From assembly GCA_964016885.1 (NCBI GenBank), contig OZ024759.1, positions 25,792,001 to 25,856,000 on the forward strand: a stretch of DNA of 64,000 bases, given 5' to 3'. This document shows, piece by piece, positions 13,383-27,349 of the stretch (positions are counted from its first letter, which is position 1; every line of letters starts with the position of its first letter). The notes beneath the pieces are model-generated. The model saw only the letters and a program-made list of their open reading frames with translations, searched no databases and was not told the origin of the DNA. Both the position numbers and the translations under genes were made by a program. This DNA comes from Eledone cirrhosa. Lineage: Eukaryota.

Positions 13383-13502
13383 TGAAGGCGCGTGGCTGAG
13401 TGGTAAGAGAATTGGATTCGTAATCGTGAGGTTATAAGTTCGATTTCTGGACCGGGTGATGCGCTATGTCCTTGAGCAAGACACTTTATTTCACGTGGCT
13501 CC
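13383..13502 (+). mobile_element. tRNA-derived SINE 5' part
   Basis: A box TGGCTGAGTGG, B-box-like AGTTCGATTTC, then tgtccttgagcaagacactttatttcac. Confidence 0.75.
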
Positions 13503-13637
13503 TTCTACCTGGTGTTGCGACCGATAGATAGTATTATCAATTGGAAAGACCAATGGAAACATTGTTTCCTCTGTCCGATTTGGCGAAAGTCGATCGACTG
13601 TCTATATTGCAATTGTCGTTTTCGAATGTCTTCTAGA

Positions 13638-13950
13638 AAGGCGGCGAAATGGCTGAGTCGTTAGAAAGTTGGATCGAATGCTTTTCAGTATTAGATTTGG
13701 GTCTCTGCTCTCTCAGTTCAAATCGCGCCGAAGTTAGCTTGGCCTCTCGACCATTTGAGATTGATAGAAGTTCCAGTCTAGTATTGAGGTCGATTCTTCC
13801 TCTATATCTCTTTCTCATTTCCATTTTCTCACACTCAATCCTTCTCTGGAAGAAATCTACTGTGTTCAGACCTGGAAGGAGATGAGCTCCGCTAGGCTTA
13901 AAATGCTTAGGAAATGACGTATGCCCCTATTGTGTTCCTACGATTCCACT
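13638..13950 (+). mobile_element. tRNA-derived SINE, same subfamily as 4800-5115
   Basis: ggcggcgaaatggctgagtcgttag head, agttcaaatc B box, shared 3' extension. Confidence 0.75.
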
Positions 13951-14439
13951 AGGAGATACGGGCACATAATATACCATAACAATGTCTTACAGTAGTATCC
14001 GGGTTATCTAGTATTGGAGAATAACTCACTTTCTCAGATCAATGAATTTCCAATATCCGGCGGGATCTTTACATTTCAAAAAATTCTATCTTTCTCATAA
14101 TATTCCTAGACATCGACCATACCTTGAACCATATCGGAATACCGACTACTCAGAAGCTCCAAGTACCCTACCCTCCGTAAAAATATTAAGGTTATTCCGG
14201 ATAAGGTGAGCATTCTGCATGGATGCTTGCTTCGCTATACTTAGTCAACATTAGATTTCTCCAGTATCAGCTTGTATCATAAGACACAGTATTAGATAGA
14301 TATTTACATTTCTGTACATATTTGATTGCCTCTTATTTATCGAGCAGCTTCCCCCGCCCTGTAGTACTACCATTGTATATCAATAACCCTACATAAAGGC
14401 CAGACTATGTAAGCAATATAATGTGAAGGTTGAGCACAC

Positions 14440-14728
14440 CATATCCGTCTAAAGTCTGTCTAGAAACCGGAGGCACATCAGGCCGATGCTTATCCCAGTT
14501 TCTGTGGCGTAAAGCAACTGAGGGTACAAGACTCCCCCTGGACCGGACGCCAGCCTATCGCTGGGTTAACTCCTCCAGCTACAGCTGGTGCTCATTTTCA
14601 ACTGAGTATATGGGAGCAACGTGAAATGAAGTGTTTAACTGAAGAACACAACCCAAGCTAATCTGGGAATCGAAACCACATTATGATCGTAAGTCCAGCA
14701 CACTTACCACAAGGTCACGTGACTCCAC
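14440..14728 (-). mobile_element. Near full-length tRNA SINE with a conserved central domain
   Basis: The minus strand carries the B box GGTTTCGATTCCC. The segment catcaggccgatgcttatcccagtttctgt...ctccccctggac resembles SINE bodies widespread in marine invertebrates (from recall). Confidence 0.7.
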
Positions 14729-15671
14729 ATCTCCGGCTGACCACTCGTTAGTCATCTCCGACCCACCAATTGTTCTTATGTGTGATTATATCAACCGTCT
14801 CACAGGTTGCTATCTATGTCTAATGGGGGCAAAGGACACCACTTAGTGGAAAGGGCAAAGAAGAGGTCAGTATGACCTCACACGTCGATCACTAGACCAC
14901 ACAATCTGTACAACCACTCACTACCCCAGCACTATTTCACCACTCCCCCAATCTAAACACTACAACACCACATTATCATCATCATCATCACCCCACCAAT
15001 AATTCACCACTCAACTACCCGCCTAAGACGCCACTAGAGATCCAGCAGTTCTCAACCTTGACCCACAACTAACACACTACACTCTATCTCCTGACCACAC
15101 ACCTCACCATCATTACACCACCATCACAAACCTACCACTTCCCCCTCCCTCACTTCTCTACTACTTCACCATCACCCACCACAACCACAACTCTACCACC
15201 ACCACCACCACAACTCTACCACCACCATCACAAGACCACCACAAAACTACAACCATCTCTAACAACACCACCACAACCACCACAAGACCACCACCACCAC
15301 AACCACCACAAGACCACCACCACCACAACAACCACCACAAGACCACCGCCACCAAAAGTCCACCACCATACTACACCACCACCACACGACACCACCGCCA
15401 CCATGTTTGTTGTGTGTGTTATTTGTTTTCTGTGTAATTTCTGTTATTTGAAAGGTTTTTCCAATTCCATTAGGGAAATCTCTCGCACATGCGTAATTAC
15501 ATGTTTACACAAACTACTTAGACTACCTTCCTACCTACCTTCTTACCTATCTATCTATCTACCCCTCCTCTCTCTCTGTCTCTCTATATAAATATATATC
15601 TGTCTGTCTGTCTCTCTATCTATGTATCTATCTATCTATCTATCTGTCTCTCTATCTATATACCCCCCCCC

Positions 15672-15702
<31 letters not shown>

Positions 15703-16275
15703 TCCCTCTTTCTCTCTCTCTCTATCTATCGTGCCCTCGTGGCAAATAAATAGAAACTTATCTATGTTTCTATCAATTTGCCCTCTTTCTCTCTCCCCCT
15801 CTCTCTCTATCTATCTTATATATATATATATATATGTGTGTGTATGTGTGTGTGTGTGTGTATCGAGCTATTTACCTTTATAGCTCTCTCTCAATCTCTC
15901 TCTATACATATTTGTCCTAAATTAAATGTAACATTTAAACAAACACCATATAAACACGCACATATACACATACATGTAACTATATATATTAGCACATCTA
16001 CTTGATATATATGTGTATATATATTTGTTAATTGAATCTGTATAATGGTCCCACACGCAGACACACACAAATATATAAATTATTAAATCCTACTAATTTT
16101 AAATAGAAACACACAGGCACGTGTGTATACATAATACGTTCATATATGCATATCTATATATATATATGAATATATACATATATATATATATGTATATATG
16201 TATACATACATATATAAAATACGTATGTATATGTATATATAATACTTATGTATATGCATATTATACATATATGTA

Positions 16276-16334
<59 letters not shown>

Positions 16335-16765
16335 GAACCGCTGAGAGAAGCTGGAATCTTCAGAGACCATTTTTGGAAGTCAGAAAGCCAAAGTCATATA
16401 GCAGTTTCTAAAAGGCCTTTAGGAAGCCGACATTAGCTTGTTTCGTCTCTTAATGACACATTCTCAGGGGCGATATAACGATGGCGGCAATTCTAGGAAA
16501 GAAACTAAACTATACACACACAGATATATGCGGACGATAATTTAAGCATTGAAGCAGAGGAGAAGAAATAGTGGCGTGGTGGTGTGGTGTGGGATGGTGT
16601 GGGATTGTGGTAGTTGTATTGGAGAATAAACGTTCTTAAAATAAAATTTTAAATGGTTTAAAAATACAACATATTGCAGATATATTTGTCTATGTTGTTT
16701 GTTCTTTCTCCATTTTTCCTTTCATTTAGAATAAATATGAATACAAATAATAATAATAAAGAAAC

Positions 16766-16803
<38 letters not shown>

Positions 16804-17008
16804 GAAAATACTTCTTTACAGACTTCATTTCCCTTTCTCTCCTTATATTTTATTTTCCTGCTCATCTTTTTCCTCCCCCTTTTCACCTCCACCACTACCT
16901 CAACAACAACAACATCAACAACAGCTACCACCTCTACCATCATCATCCACACCAACACCACCACATTAGCTGTCTTGGATATATACATATATTTACACAT
17001 ATATAACT

Positions 17009-17118
<110 letters not shown>

Positions 17119-17125
17119 TATATTA

Positions 17126-17225
17126 CAGGGTGTCCCCCAAAATTGTATACACACTTTACTTACTTGTACAGGCACTATTTATTAGAATGCACAGCCTTTG
17201 TGTATACATTTTTTGGGATACCCTG
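17126..17225. mobile_element. Tc1/mariner-type MITE (100 bp)
   Basis: TA|CAGGGTGTCCCCCAAAATTGTATACACA ... TGTGTATACATTTTTTGGGATACCCTG|TA: terminal inverted repeats with TA flanks. Confidence 0.85.
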
Positions 17226-17249
17226 TATATATACATGTATAATATATAG

Positions 17250-17485
17250 ATTCCCGTGTTGTGTCGGGAGGTAACTACAGTTAATAAAAGTACTCAATAT
17301 ATTGGTAGAATAAAGTCATCTTTATTATATTATAGAAATGACTTTTACAAGACTAGTGGTAGGTATTTGAGAGGCTGGAGATCCTGGTCTGTGGTTCAGT
17401 CCTGGTCAGGAGCTACATGTAAGAGATTTCTGATGATTTCATACGAATGAAACAGTTCTAGTCCTGTAGAAATCATTTCTCTGTA
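17250..17485. mobile_element. Penelope-like pLTR remnant (family C) with inverted duplication and hammerhead-like core
   Basis: 17331-17356 is an inverted copy of about 17458-17485; CTGATGA..GAAAC..GTC at 17430-17463; 17250-17356 is the reverse complement of the family tail at 18231-18336. Confidence 0.6.
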
Positions 17486-17711
17486 TATATATATTTGTTG
17501 CAATACTAGCTTTTGTTCGTCGTTTATTGTTGTATGCCATCAACCATTGCTGATCCAGTAAAGCAACCGTTCTAACCGTGACCATCCTGTCTTATTTCTT
17601 TCAGAAACTGTGTATCTATATTCAGACATAGACGATTATCACCATTTGTCGGTAAGTACGTCGTTGCTTTGTTTCAGTTATAGACACAACTATGAATACA
17701 GTTATTTTCCT

Positions 17712-17985
17712 TTTCAGCCTTCCACCATTGTCGTTAAAATAACAAACCAACCCTGCTTCATATTCAACCTTTATCTATAGGGGTTAAAATAGTTAACCGG
17801 TCCTTTTTTTTGTTTTCAGCCCTTAACCACTGTGGTTAAAATAATGAACTAGTCCTGTTTAGTTTTCAACCTTTAAGCACTGTGGTTAAAATAATAAACT
17901 AGTCCTGTTTAATTTTCAACCTTTAACCACTGTGGTTAAAATAATAAACCAGTCATTTTTGTTTTCAAACTTCAACTACTAAAAG
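17712..17985. repeat. 50-bp minisatellite, about 5 copies (3 well conserved)
   Basis: c(c/t)ttaa(c/g)cactgtggttaaaataat(g/a)aac(t/c)agtc... at 17821, 17871 and 17921, plus two decayed units upstream. Confidence 0.85.
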
Positions 17986-18224
17986 TTGACTATTTCAATG
18001 CGTCTAAGGGGGCAACGATTTCTTCATTCTGTCCGCCGGGACTTTGCGGTGACCAGCACCTGAATTTCAGCACTCCATAGAGCCTTTTCCCCATACCGTT
18101 GGAGACTCCGTATCATTGTGGTAGCGATGTCTGAGCAGATCTTTGAGATTTAAGGCATCTGTGACAACACATTTGTAATGTTTATATTCTTTGTCAAGTA
18201 CATTTAACATAATCGGCTAACAAC

Positions 18225-18336
18225 TTCAGTTCTAGTCATGCAGAAGCCATTTCTTTATTAAATATGATGTTTACACTCTACCAATGTATCGAGTCCCTTA
18301 CTTACTGTGGTTACCCCCCAGATTGTACCCGGGAAT
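18225..18336 (+). mobile_element. Family C 3' fragment
   Basis: cagttctagtcatgcagaagccatttct matches 17453-17480; the tail actctaccaatgtatcgagt is related to the family A tail. Confidence 0.6.
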
Positions 18337-18366
18337 CACACACACACATATATATATATATATGTT

Positions 18367-18416
<50 letters not shown>

Positions 18417-18635
18417 GTGTATATATATGTATATATATATATACCTTTATATATATATCGACCTATCTTTATATATATATATATATCGATCTATCTTTAT
18501 ATATATATATATATATATATATATCTATCTTTATATATATATCTTTATATATATATCTTTATATATCTATTTTTATATATATATCTATATATATATATCT
18601 TTATATATATATATATATATAATCTTTATATATAT

Positions 18636-18710
<75 letters not shown>

Positions 18711-18722
18711 CTTTATATATAT

Positions 18723-18779
<57 letters not shown>

Positions 18780-18993
18780 CTTTATATATATATCGATATA
18801 TCTATATATATATATATATAATCTTTATATATATATATATAAGGATTAAGAAACACCAAAGAGTCAATATGGTATAAAACTTCGGTGTTTCTTTATCTTT
18901 ATATATCAGCTATGTGTGAACCCAATTGCATCGAGCTATAAACCCTCTGGTAAAGTTGATACCCAATAATAGCAACACCGTTATTATTATTAA

Positions 18994-19082
<89 letters not shown>

Positions 19083-19700
19083 CCTATATATACAAATACA
19101 GGTATATTTATATATGTATATTCAGATAAAAGGAATGAAATAGATCATATGTAATATTCTGACGATATACATATAGATATTTGTGAAAATTGAAATATTT
19201 TTTTCCTGCTAAAATTTATTAATATTGGAAATATAATTTAGAGTTACGTTCATTTGATTGAAAAGTTGAAAATATTTGGAAATATTTTGAAATGGGGCAG
19301 AATTAATGTAGTAAACTGTTCGTTTAATGTGGGTTATCAATGCATTTAAAACACACACTCACACTCACACACAGATACATACATATATACATATAAATAT
19401 ATGTAAATATATATATATATATATATATATGAAAGCATTAATGGTAATATTTTATTACATACTGTTAGACGTTTCATATTATCTATCTATCTATAAATAC
19501 ATATATACATACATACATAATATATAGGTATATGTGTGTATTCAAAACATTTTAAAGTATGCCTTAAATTGTTTAAATGTCGTTTGATGTTCTGGCTGAA
19601 AACAACTTTCTTCACATGCAGTTTATGTATATATATATACAATTATAGAAATCTACATACATAAAATATGTTCTTATATTAACCTTATATATATGAATTA

Positions 19701-19741
<41 letters not shown>

Positions 19742-19781
19742 ATATATTTACTTATATATACATATAATATATATATGTACT

Positions 19782-19813
<32 letters not shown>

Positions 19814-19942
19814 CTTGTATATATACTTATATTTGTATATATTTACTTATATATAGAAATAATATATATATATATACTTGTATATATATATACATATATA
19901 TATATGTATATATATACTTGTACACTTGTATATACATATAAA

Positions 19943-20074
<132 letters not shown>

Positions 20075-20315
20075 TTAGATAGATATGCTATATACATTTT
20101 TAAAGCAACTTTGAATTACATAAAAAATCCTCTATAATCAATCAGAGTATTTATAATAAATGGTTGAAAATATGTAGATATATTCTACATCATTATTATT
20201 ATAGTGTTCATTTAGAAATATACACACATTTGTATGTATGTATATATATATGTATATATATACAAACACACACACACTCACACACACGCATATATATATA
20301 TATATATATATATAT

Positions 20316-20351
<36 letters not shown>

Positions 20352-20618
20352 AGATATAGATCTAATTGAATTGAATGACTTTATTTACATATCGATTATA
20401 TGTATATTTGTGTGTGTATGTGTGTATATATGTGTGTGTATGCCTATATATATTTATGTATGTATATTTGTTTATACAGTCATATAATGTTTGTGCATGT
20501 ACGTTTGAGTTGATGTAATCGCGAATGGTTTCACATACATACACACATATATATATATACACACACATATATATATATATATATATACATACTGTATATA
20601 CATATATATATATACCTA

Positions 20619-20666
<48 letters not shown>

Positions 20667-21130
20667 CCTAGGTGTATATACCTAACAAATACATTATATT
20701 TACATATTCTTCCATTAATTATCCATTACGTTCTACTCCCCCTCCCTCATATAACCTATAACTCCACCTCCCCAATCCCCCACCTCCCTTATGCAACTAT
20801 AACTCCTCCTTCACTCCCCCACCTCCCTCATGTAACCTATAACTCCTCCTCCACGTCCCCCTCTCTCATGTAATCTATAACTCCTCCTTAGTCTCCCACT
20901 CCCCCATCTAACCTATACCTCCTCCTCCACCCTCTCCTTCAAGTAACTTTTTACATATATATCAGAGATGCCCTCACCGCTCTACTCTCTACCACAATCA
21001 ACATCACCATTAATACCTATGCAAGCTCCTTAAAGAAGTAGCGGACAATGCTGACTACTTTGTCTGTCTTTAAAGGTCTTCACCTTACCCCATAAGCCAT
21101 TCTATAGCATCTGCGCTTTTGAGCACACCG

Positions 21131-21180
<50 letters not shown>

Positions 21181-21313
21181 GGTTGAATATGTATAATAAA
21201 GCCAAAACAATGCAGGTATGGACATAGAATAAAGAATGTAAATGCAAAAAACATTGTTGATAATTAGTCTTTTACCTTAGTCTTTTACTTTAGTCTTTTA
21301 CCTTAGATTTATT

Positions 21314-21349
<36 letters not shown>

Positions 21350-21496
21350 CAACAGATTAAAGTTTAAGCAAATAATCGCTGCTTTCACCCTTAACGGGAT
21401 CTTCTGAAATATATATATATTTAAAAAAAAAAAGGAAAAGAATGACTTCACTTGTAGTTCTAAACAATTTAATTAAATTTTATACAGCAACATATA

Positions 21497-21543
<47 letters not shown>

Positions 21544-21549
<6 letters not shown>

Positions 21550-21823
21550 GTGAGGTATTTTTACAAAATGAAAAATAACCGAGGTGTCCTACACGAGTGA
21601 AAGTATAAAGACAAAAAGATGAAATCAAAAATGCAACTGGAGTCTTATTAGAAAAAATATATATATATTTATTTGGTTCCTTTACCAAAATAAGGTTTCG
21701 TAGTTCTTCTGCTTTTCAAAAGTAGAGTTGAGATGGAGGGTCTGTGGTTTTTCCACAGAGACTCCATATATATATATTTTTTCTAATAAGACTCCAGTTG
21801 CATTTTCGATTTCATCTTTTTTC

Positions 21824-21830
<7 letters not shown>
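21544..21830 (-). mobile_element. Family B short element in (TA)n with hammerhead variant and inverted duplication
   Basis: Near-identical to 56955-57168 and 59962-60147; about 21770-21830 is the reverse complement of 21604-21667; hammerhead-like motif at 21680-21722. Confidence 0.8.
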
Positions 21831-21918
<88 letters not shown>

Positions 21919-22384
21919 CTAACAGAAAGGCAAAGAATAATACTGTTTGGTACTATTATCGCGTCAAGTCATACATACACTACATATATACTATATATAT
22001 ACAGTGTATATACACTATATATACTGTATATGATGTTCAATAGAAAAGTAATGACCAATACAGAATTGCATCAGTGACGTCGCAGGCGAACACGGAACGT
22101 AATGGGAGGAAAAAAATATCGCAAGGTATCACACTCGACACCCTAACAATTCCACCAATCTATAGCCCTGGACAGATATTTTATTTTACCTCCTCTTCCC
22201 ACCATGGAAATATAAAAGGCAACCTAAGGTTGACTTCAGGGAAGTTTCATCTCAGAGCGCAGGCCACAAATGCTGCAAGGTATTTTGTCCAAAGCTCTAA
22301 TGACTCTGACAAATTCACCGCCAAATGCTAGGTGTCTCATAACATGGTTATCTACCAACAAACCTACCTATCTATCTCTTCTTT

Positions 22385-22746
22385 AAGTATCACTTTAGAA
22401 GGAGAATCAGGATGGAGAGAGAGGCACTGCACCCCAGTAAATTTACTGAAAGGTGGGTGAATGAAGCGAAAATGGCCCGAGTGATTGGGCCTTCTCTGTT
22501 TATAAGCCTGTAGGTTGAGGAAGAGAGCAAAAGGAAGAAAGGAGCACTTGCACAACACGCTCCTCGAGTTGAGGGTTGTTCCATCGACGGGGTATTAAAC
22601 AACCCATTTGTGGCGCCTCCCCCCTATTGGGGATTTCGATTGTTGAAATTGTTTGTTTTTATATTTTTTACATGACTGTATGTAAAATCGCCGGCATGTC
22701 TTTGTATTGTCCCCTTTCTTGTTGCGCCCTTGTGGCTAATAAAGAA
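22385..22746 (+). mobile_element. 5'-truncated Tx1/L1-clade LINE 3' end
   Basis: Paralogue of 22851-23278; ends tggctAATAAAgaa followed by (ATCT)n. Confidence 0.65.
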
Positions 22747-22777
22747 ATCTATCTATCTATGTATCTATCTATCTATG

Positions 22778-22849
<72 letters not shown>

Positions 22850-22850
22850 A

Positions 22851-23278
22851 CCTTTCTCTCTGGCCAACAACTGGTCCGTTTCTTCCGATATCATTTCGGA
22901 AGAAGGATCAGGATGGAGAGAGAGGTGCTGCACCCCAGCCGTTTCTATGAAAGATGGGTGAAAGTGGCGAGAATGGCCCGTGTGAATGGGCCTTCACTCT
23001 ACATCAGACTATAGGTGAGGAAGATGAAAGACCAAGGGAGCACCCCTTCTCTGTGCTCCTGAGGAGAAGGGTTGCACACTTTTTTCGGGGGTGTGTGCGA
23101 CCCCCCAAGGCGCCTCCTCTCTATTGAGGACTTTGTTATAAATTTTATTTTTTGTTATATTTTATTTTATTTTTATATATTCTTATTGCCTCCTCCTTAT
23201 TGAGGACGCCTTGTTTTGTAAACTCCCCCCATTGTACTTGTACAACTTTTGATGCCCTGGTGGCAAATAAAAGAAACA
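22851..23278 (+). mobile_element. 5'-truncated Tx1/L1-clade LINE (ORF2 C-terminus plus 3' UTR)
   Basis: FLSGQQLVRFFRYHFGRRIRMEREVLHPSRFYERWVKVARMARVNGPSLYIRL* (stop at 23014) fits the RI..E......F..RW C-terminal pattern of Tx1-type ORF2; AATAAA; (ATCT)n on both sides. Confidence 0.68.
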
Positions 23279-23370
<92 letters not shown>

Positions 23371-24059
23371 CCAACCCACCCAACACATTGTAAACATCTC
23401 TCTAAACGAATAAAAGCAATAGAATTACCAATGCACCGATGACTTCAGAAATGAATTAAAACTGAAAAACTGAAAAAAATATAAAATGAATTAAATTGAA
23501 ATAAGTTGAAAAAAAATTGTTATAGAAGTTGATAAATAGATTAACGGGGAGCAACAGAGAAGAAGAGGTGGTGGTGGAATAGAGAGAGAGAGAGAGAGAG
23601 AGGCAGTGGGAGGAAGAGATAGAGAGAGGGTATGAAGGGAGGGTGTGAGAGAGAGGTGGAGAGGGTGAAAGGAAGTTGATGAGAGTGAGGTGCAGATGGT
23701 ATGGGAGAGAGAGAGAGAGGTGAGGGTGTACGAGAAGGTGATGGTGTTGATGAGAGTGAGAGAGACAGAGGGAGACAGCGCGTCGGAGAGAGAGAGTTGA
23801 GAGAGGGTGAAAGGGAGTGGATGAGAGAGTGGGAGAGATGGTGTGGGAGAAAGAGAGGTGAGGGTTTGGGAGAAGGTGATGGTGTTGATTAGAGAGAGAG
23901 AGTGGGAAGGAGGGAGTGGGAGAGAGTGGGGAGGGGGAGGTGATGAAGATTTGGGGGATATTAAATATTGAGAGAAAAAAAATGAAAAATTTTATTTCGG
24001 AAACAAATTTTAAATCTGAGCTTTAAATGAAATAAAATCATATAAAGAACAACAACAGC

Positions 24060-26190
24060 AATAATAGCCATCAACACCACTAACGTCACCATCACCATCA
24101 CCACCATCGCTACCACCACCATTACCACCACTATCACTACCATCATATCACCACCCTTAGAGCCCCCCCCCCCCCCCACCACCACCTTACCATGATTATC
24201 ATCACTGTTATCAATACCACCAGCACACCACGGTTACCATCACACCAGCAACACCATCACATCACCATTTTACCTTCACTACAAATTACACCAACGTCAT
24301 TACCACCGCCATCACAACTGACACCACCTCCATCATGATCATTATCACTACCATCACGATCATACAGCAAACAACACCAGCACCACCAACACTACCACCA
24401 ATACTATCACTAGGATCACACCAACATCACCACCACCACTACCATGATCATTATCACTACCATCACACCACAAGCAAGACGGCACCACCAACACTACCAT
24501 CAACACCAAGACTACCATCATCACATCACCATTACCACCACTAACATCACATCATCACCACCACTACCACCCCATCACACCACAAGCAACATCATCAACA
24601 CCATCAACATCATAATATCACCATTACCACCACTAACATCACATCATCACCACCACTACCACCCCCATCGCACCACAAGCAACATCATCACCACCACTAC
24701 CACCCCCATCACACCACAAGCAACATCATAACATCACCATTACCACCACTAACATCACATCATCACCACCACTACCACCCCCATCACACCACAAGCAACA
24801 TCATAACATCACCATTACCACCACTAACATCACATCATCACCACCACTACCACCCCATCACACCACAAGCAACATCATCAACACCATCAACATCATAACA
24901 TCACCATTACCACCACTAACGTCACATCATCACTACCACTATCATCACCACCACCACCACTAACATCACATCAACACTACCACTATCATCACATCACCAT
25001 TACCACACCACTAACATCACACCAACGCCATCACTATCACCACCATCACACCTCAAGCAACACCATCAGCACTATCACCATCACCACCACCACCATCACA
25101 CCTCAAGCAACACCATCACCATCACCATCACCACCACCAACATCACATCATCATCACCACAAACAACTACATATATAATTGTGTCCACCTCTACGTCTGC
25201 GATGAAAAGCAACAACAACAACAACAATCATCCTTATCACAACTGAATCAACATCTGAAATATCAACAACACTAATATACAACACCTAAAAGACCACCAC
25301 AAACAACAACAACAACAATAACAACAACAAAACACCACCAACAACAACAACAATAACACTAACAACAACAACACCACCAACAACAATAACAACTGCACTA
25401 TCAACAACAACAACAACAATACCAACAACAACAACAACACCACCACCATCTACAACAACACCAAAAATAACGACACCACCACCAACAACACCATCAACAA
25501 CACCAACAATAACGACACCACCACCAACAACACCATCAACAAGAACAACACTACTACCACCACCGACACCACCACCACCACCACCACCACCACTAACACC
25601 ACTACCACAACCACCAGAAACAATACCAACACTACCAACACCACTATCACTAACACCAACACCACCGACAACGACACCAAAACAACCAACACCACCACCA
25701 CCACCACCACGACCAACACTAACACCACCACCACCACCACCCCGACTAACAATACCAACAACACCACCACCAACACCACCATCACCAACACCACTACTAC
25801 CAACACCACCAGCAGCAGCACCACAACCAATACCACTACCACCAGCACCACAACCACTACCACCAACAACAACACCACCACCACCACCACCAACACCACT
25901 ACCACCTACACCACAACCAATACCAACAACACCAACAACACCAACACCACTACCACCAGCGCCACAACCAATACGAATAACACGAACACCACCACCACCA
26001 CAAACAACACCACCACCACCACCACCACAAACAACACCACCACCACCACCACCACCACCACCACCACCACTACCACTAACACCACTACCACCTACACCAC
26101 CACCACCACCACCACGACAACATCAAGACTAGTACCAGCACCAACAACATCACCAACACCACCACTACCACGACCAACAATCAAATGACT
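24060..26190. repeat. Mosaic (CAC/CAT/CAA)n trinucleotide tract with local higher-order duplications
   Basis: Low-complexity sequence; caccccatcacaccacaagcaacatca recurs between 24570 and 24880. Confidence 0.9.
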
Positions 26191-26194
26191 CAAC

Positions 26195-26431
26195 AGTAAT
26201 AGTAATAATATATATAATTAACATTACAAATTAATATTAATAGGGACTCTAACGAGAGTGACCTCCCCTGATTTCATTAACTTTTACATTGTTTAATTCA
26301 TTGATAACATTATTTACATCACAAATGTGGTTGATACGTTAATAATACGATTGCTGCAACTACTAATACTACAACAACAACTACTACACGTACTACTATT
26401 GCAACTACTACTATTACTACTACTGCTGTTG

Positions 26432-26490
<59 letters not shown>

Positions 26491-26506
26491 GTTGCTGCTG
26501 CTGCTG

Positions 26507-26549
<43 letters not shown>

Positions 26550-26632
26550 TATTACTACTACTACTAATACTACTACAGTCGCTGCTGCAACTACTACTAC
26601 TACTACTACAATTGCTACTACTACTACAATTG

Positions 26633-26690
<58 letters not shown>

Positions 26691-27318
26691 CACTACTACT
26701 ACTAGTACTACAGCTACTACTACCACTATTATTACTACTACCACTACCATTATTACTACTACTACTACCAACACAACCACCACCACTATTATTATTATTA
26801 CTACTACTACTAACAACACTACTACTACTACTACTACCACTACAACCACCACCACTACTATTATTACTACTACTACTGACACGGACAAAGCTGGTCCATT
26901 GTATTACAAGTACAGTCCTTAATGTACTTTAGTGTATGTGGCTGAGTATTCCACAGACACGTGTACCCTTAACGCAGTTCTCAGGGAGATTCAGTATGGC
27001 ACAGTATTTGACAAGACTGACGTATTGTATAACCACCACCACCGCCACTACTACTACTACTACTAATACTGCCACTACTACTGATACTATTACCACTACC
27101 ACTACTACTACCACCACTACTACTAATATTACCATCACCACCACCACTACCATCACCGCCACCACCACCACCACCGCCACCACCACCACCGCTACTACTA
27201 CTATTACTACTACTACTACTACTACTACTATTACTACTACTACTACTACTAACACCACCACTACTGGTACTACTACCACCACCACTACTAGTACTACTAC
27301 TACTACTACTACTAGTAT

Positions 27319-27349
<31 letters not shown>

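Larger units (their letters stand above)
13140..14330 (-). mobile_element. Old BovB-like RTE LINE 3' region, interrupted by two SINEs
   Basis: Collinear degenerate minus-strand peptides: GEI*C*LSIAKQAS (~14250), VWSMSRNIMRKIEFFEM*RSRRILEIH*SEKVS (~14020-14120), EDIRKRQLQY (~13600-13633), MVKDRETARGIVHHI (~13190-13235), then a (GAT)n tail. Confidence 0.62.

Noticed and set aside
13383-13460. tRNA gene
   Set aside because: A and B boxes are present, but no convincing cloverleaf forms and the sequence continues into a SINE body.
21381-21406. Hammerhead on the minus strand (CAGAAGA-tccc..gggt-GAAA)
   Set aside because: Core U4 is mutated and there is no clear stem III, cleavage triplet or stem I; at best a decayed remnant.
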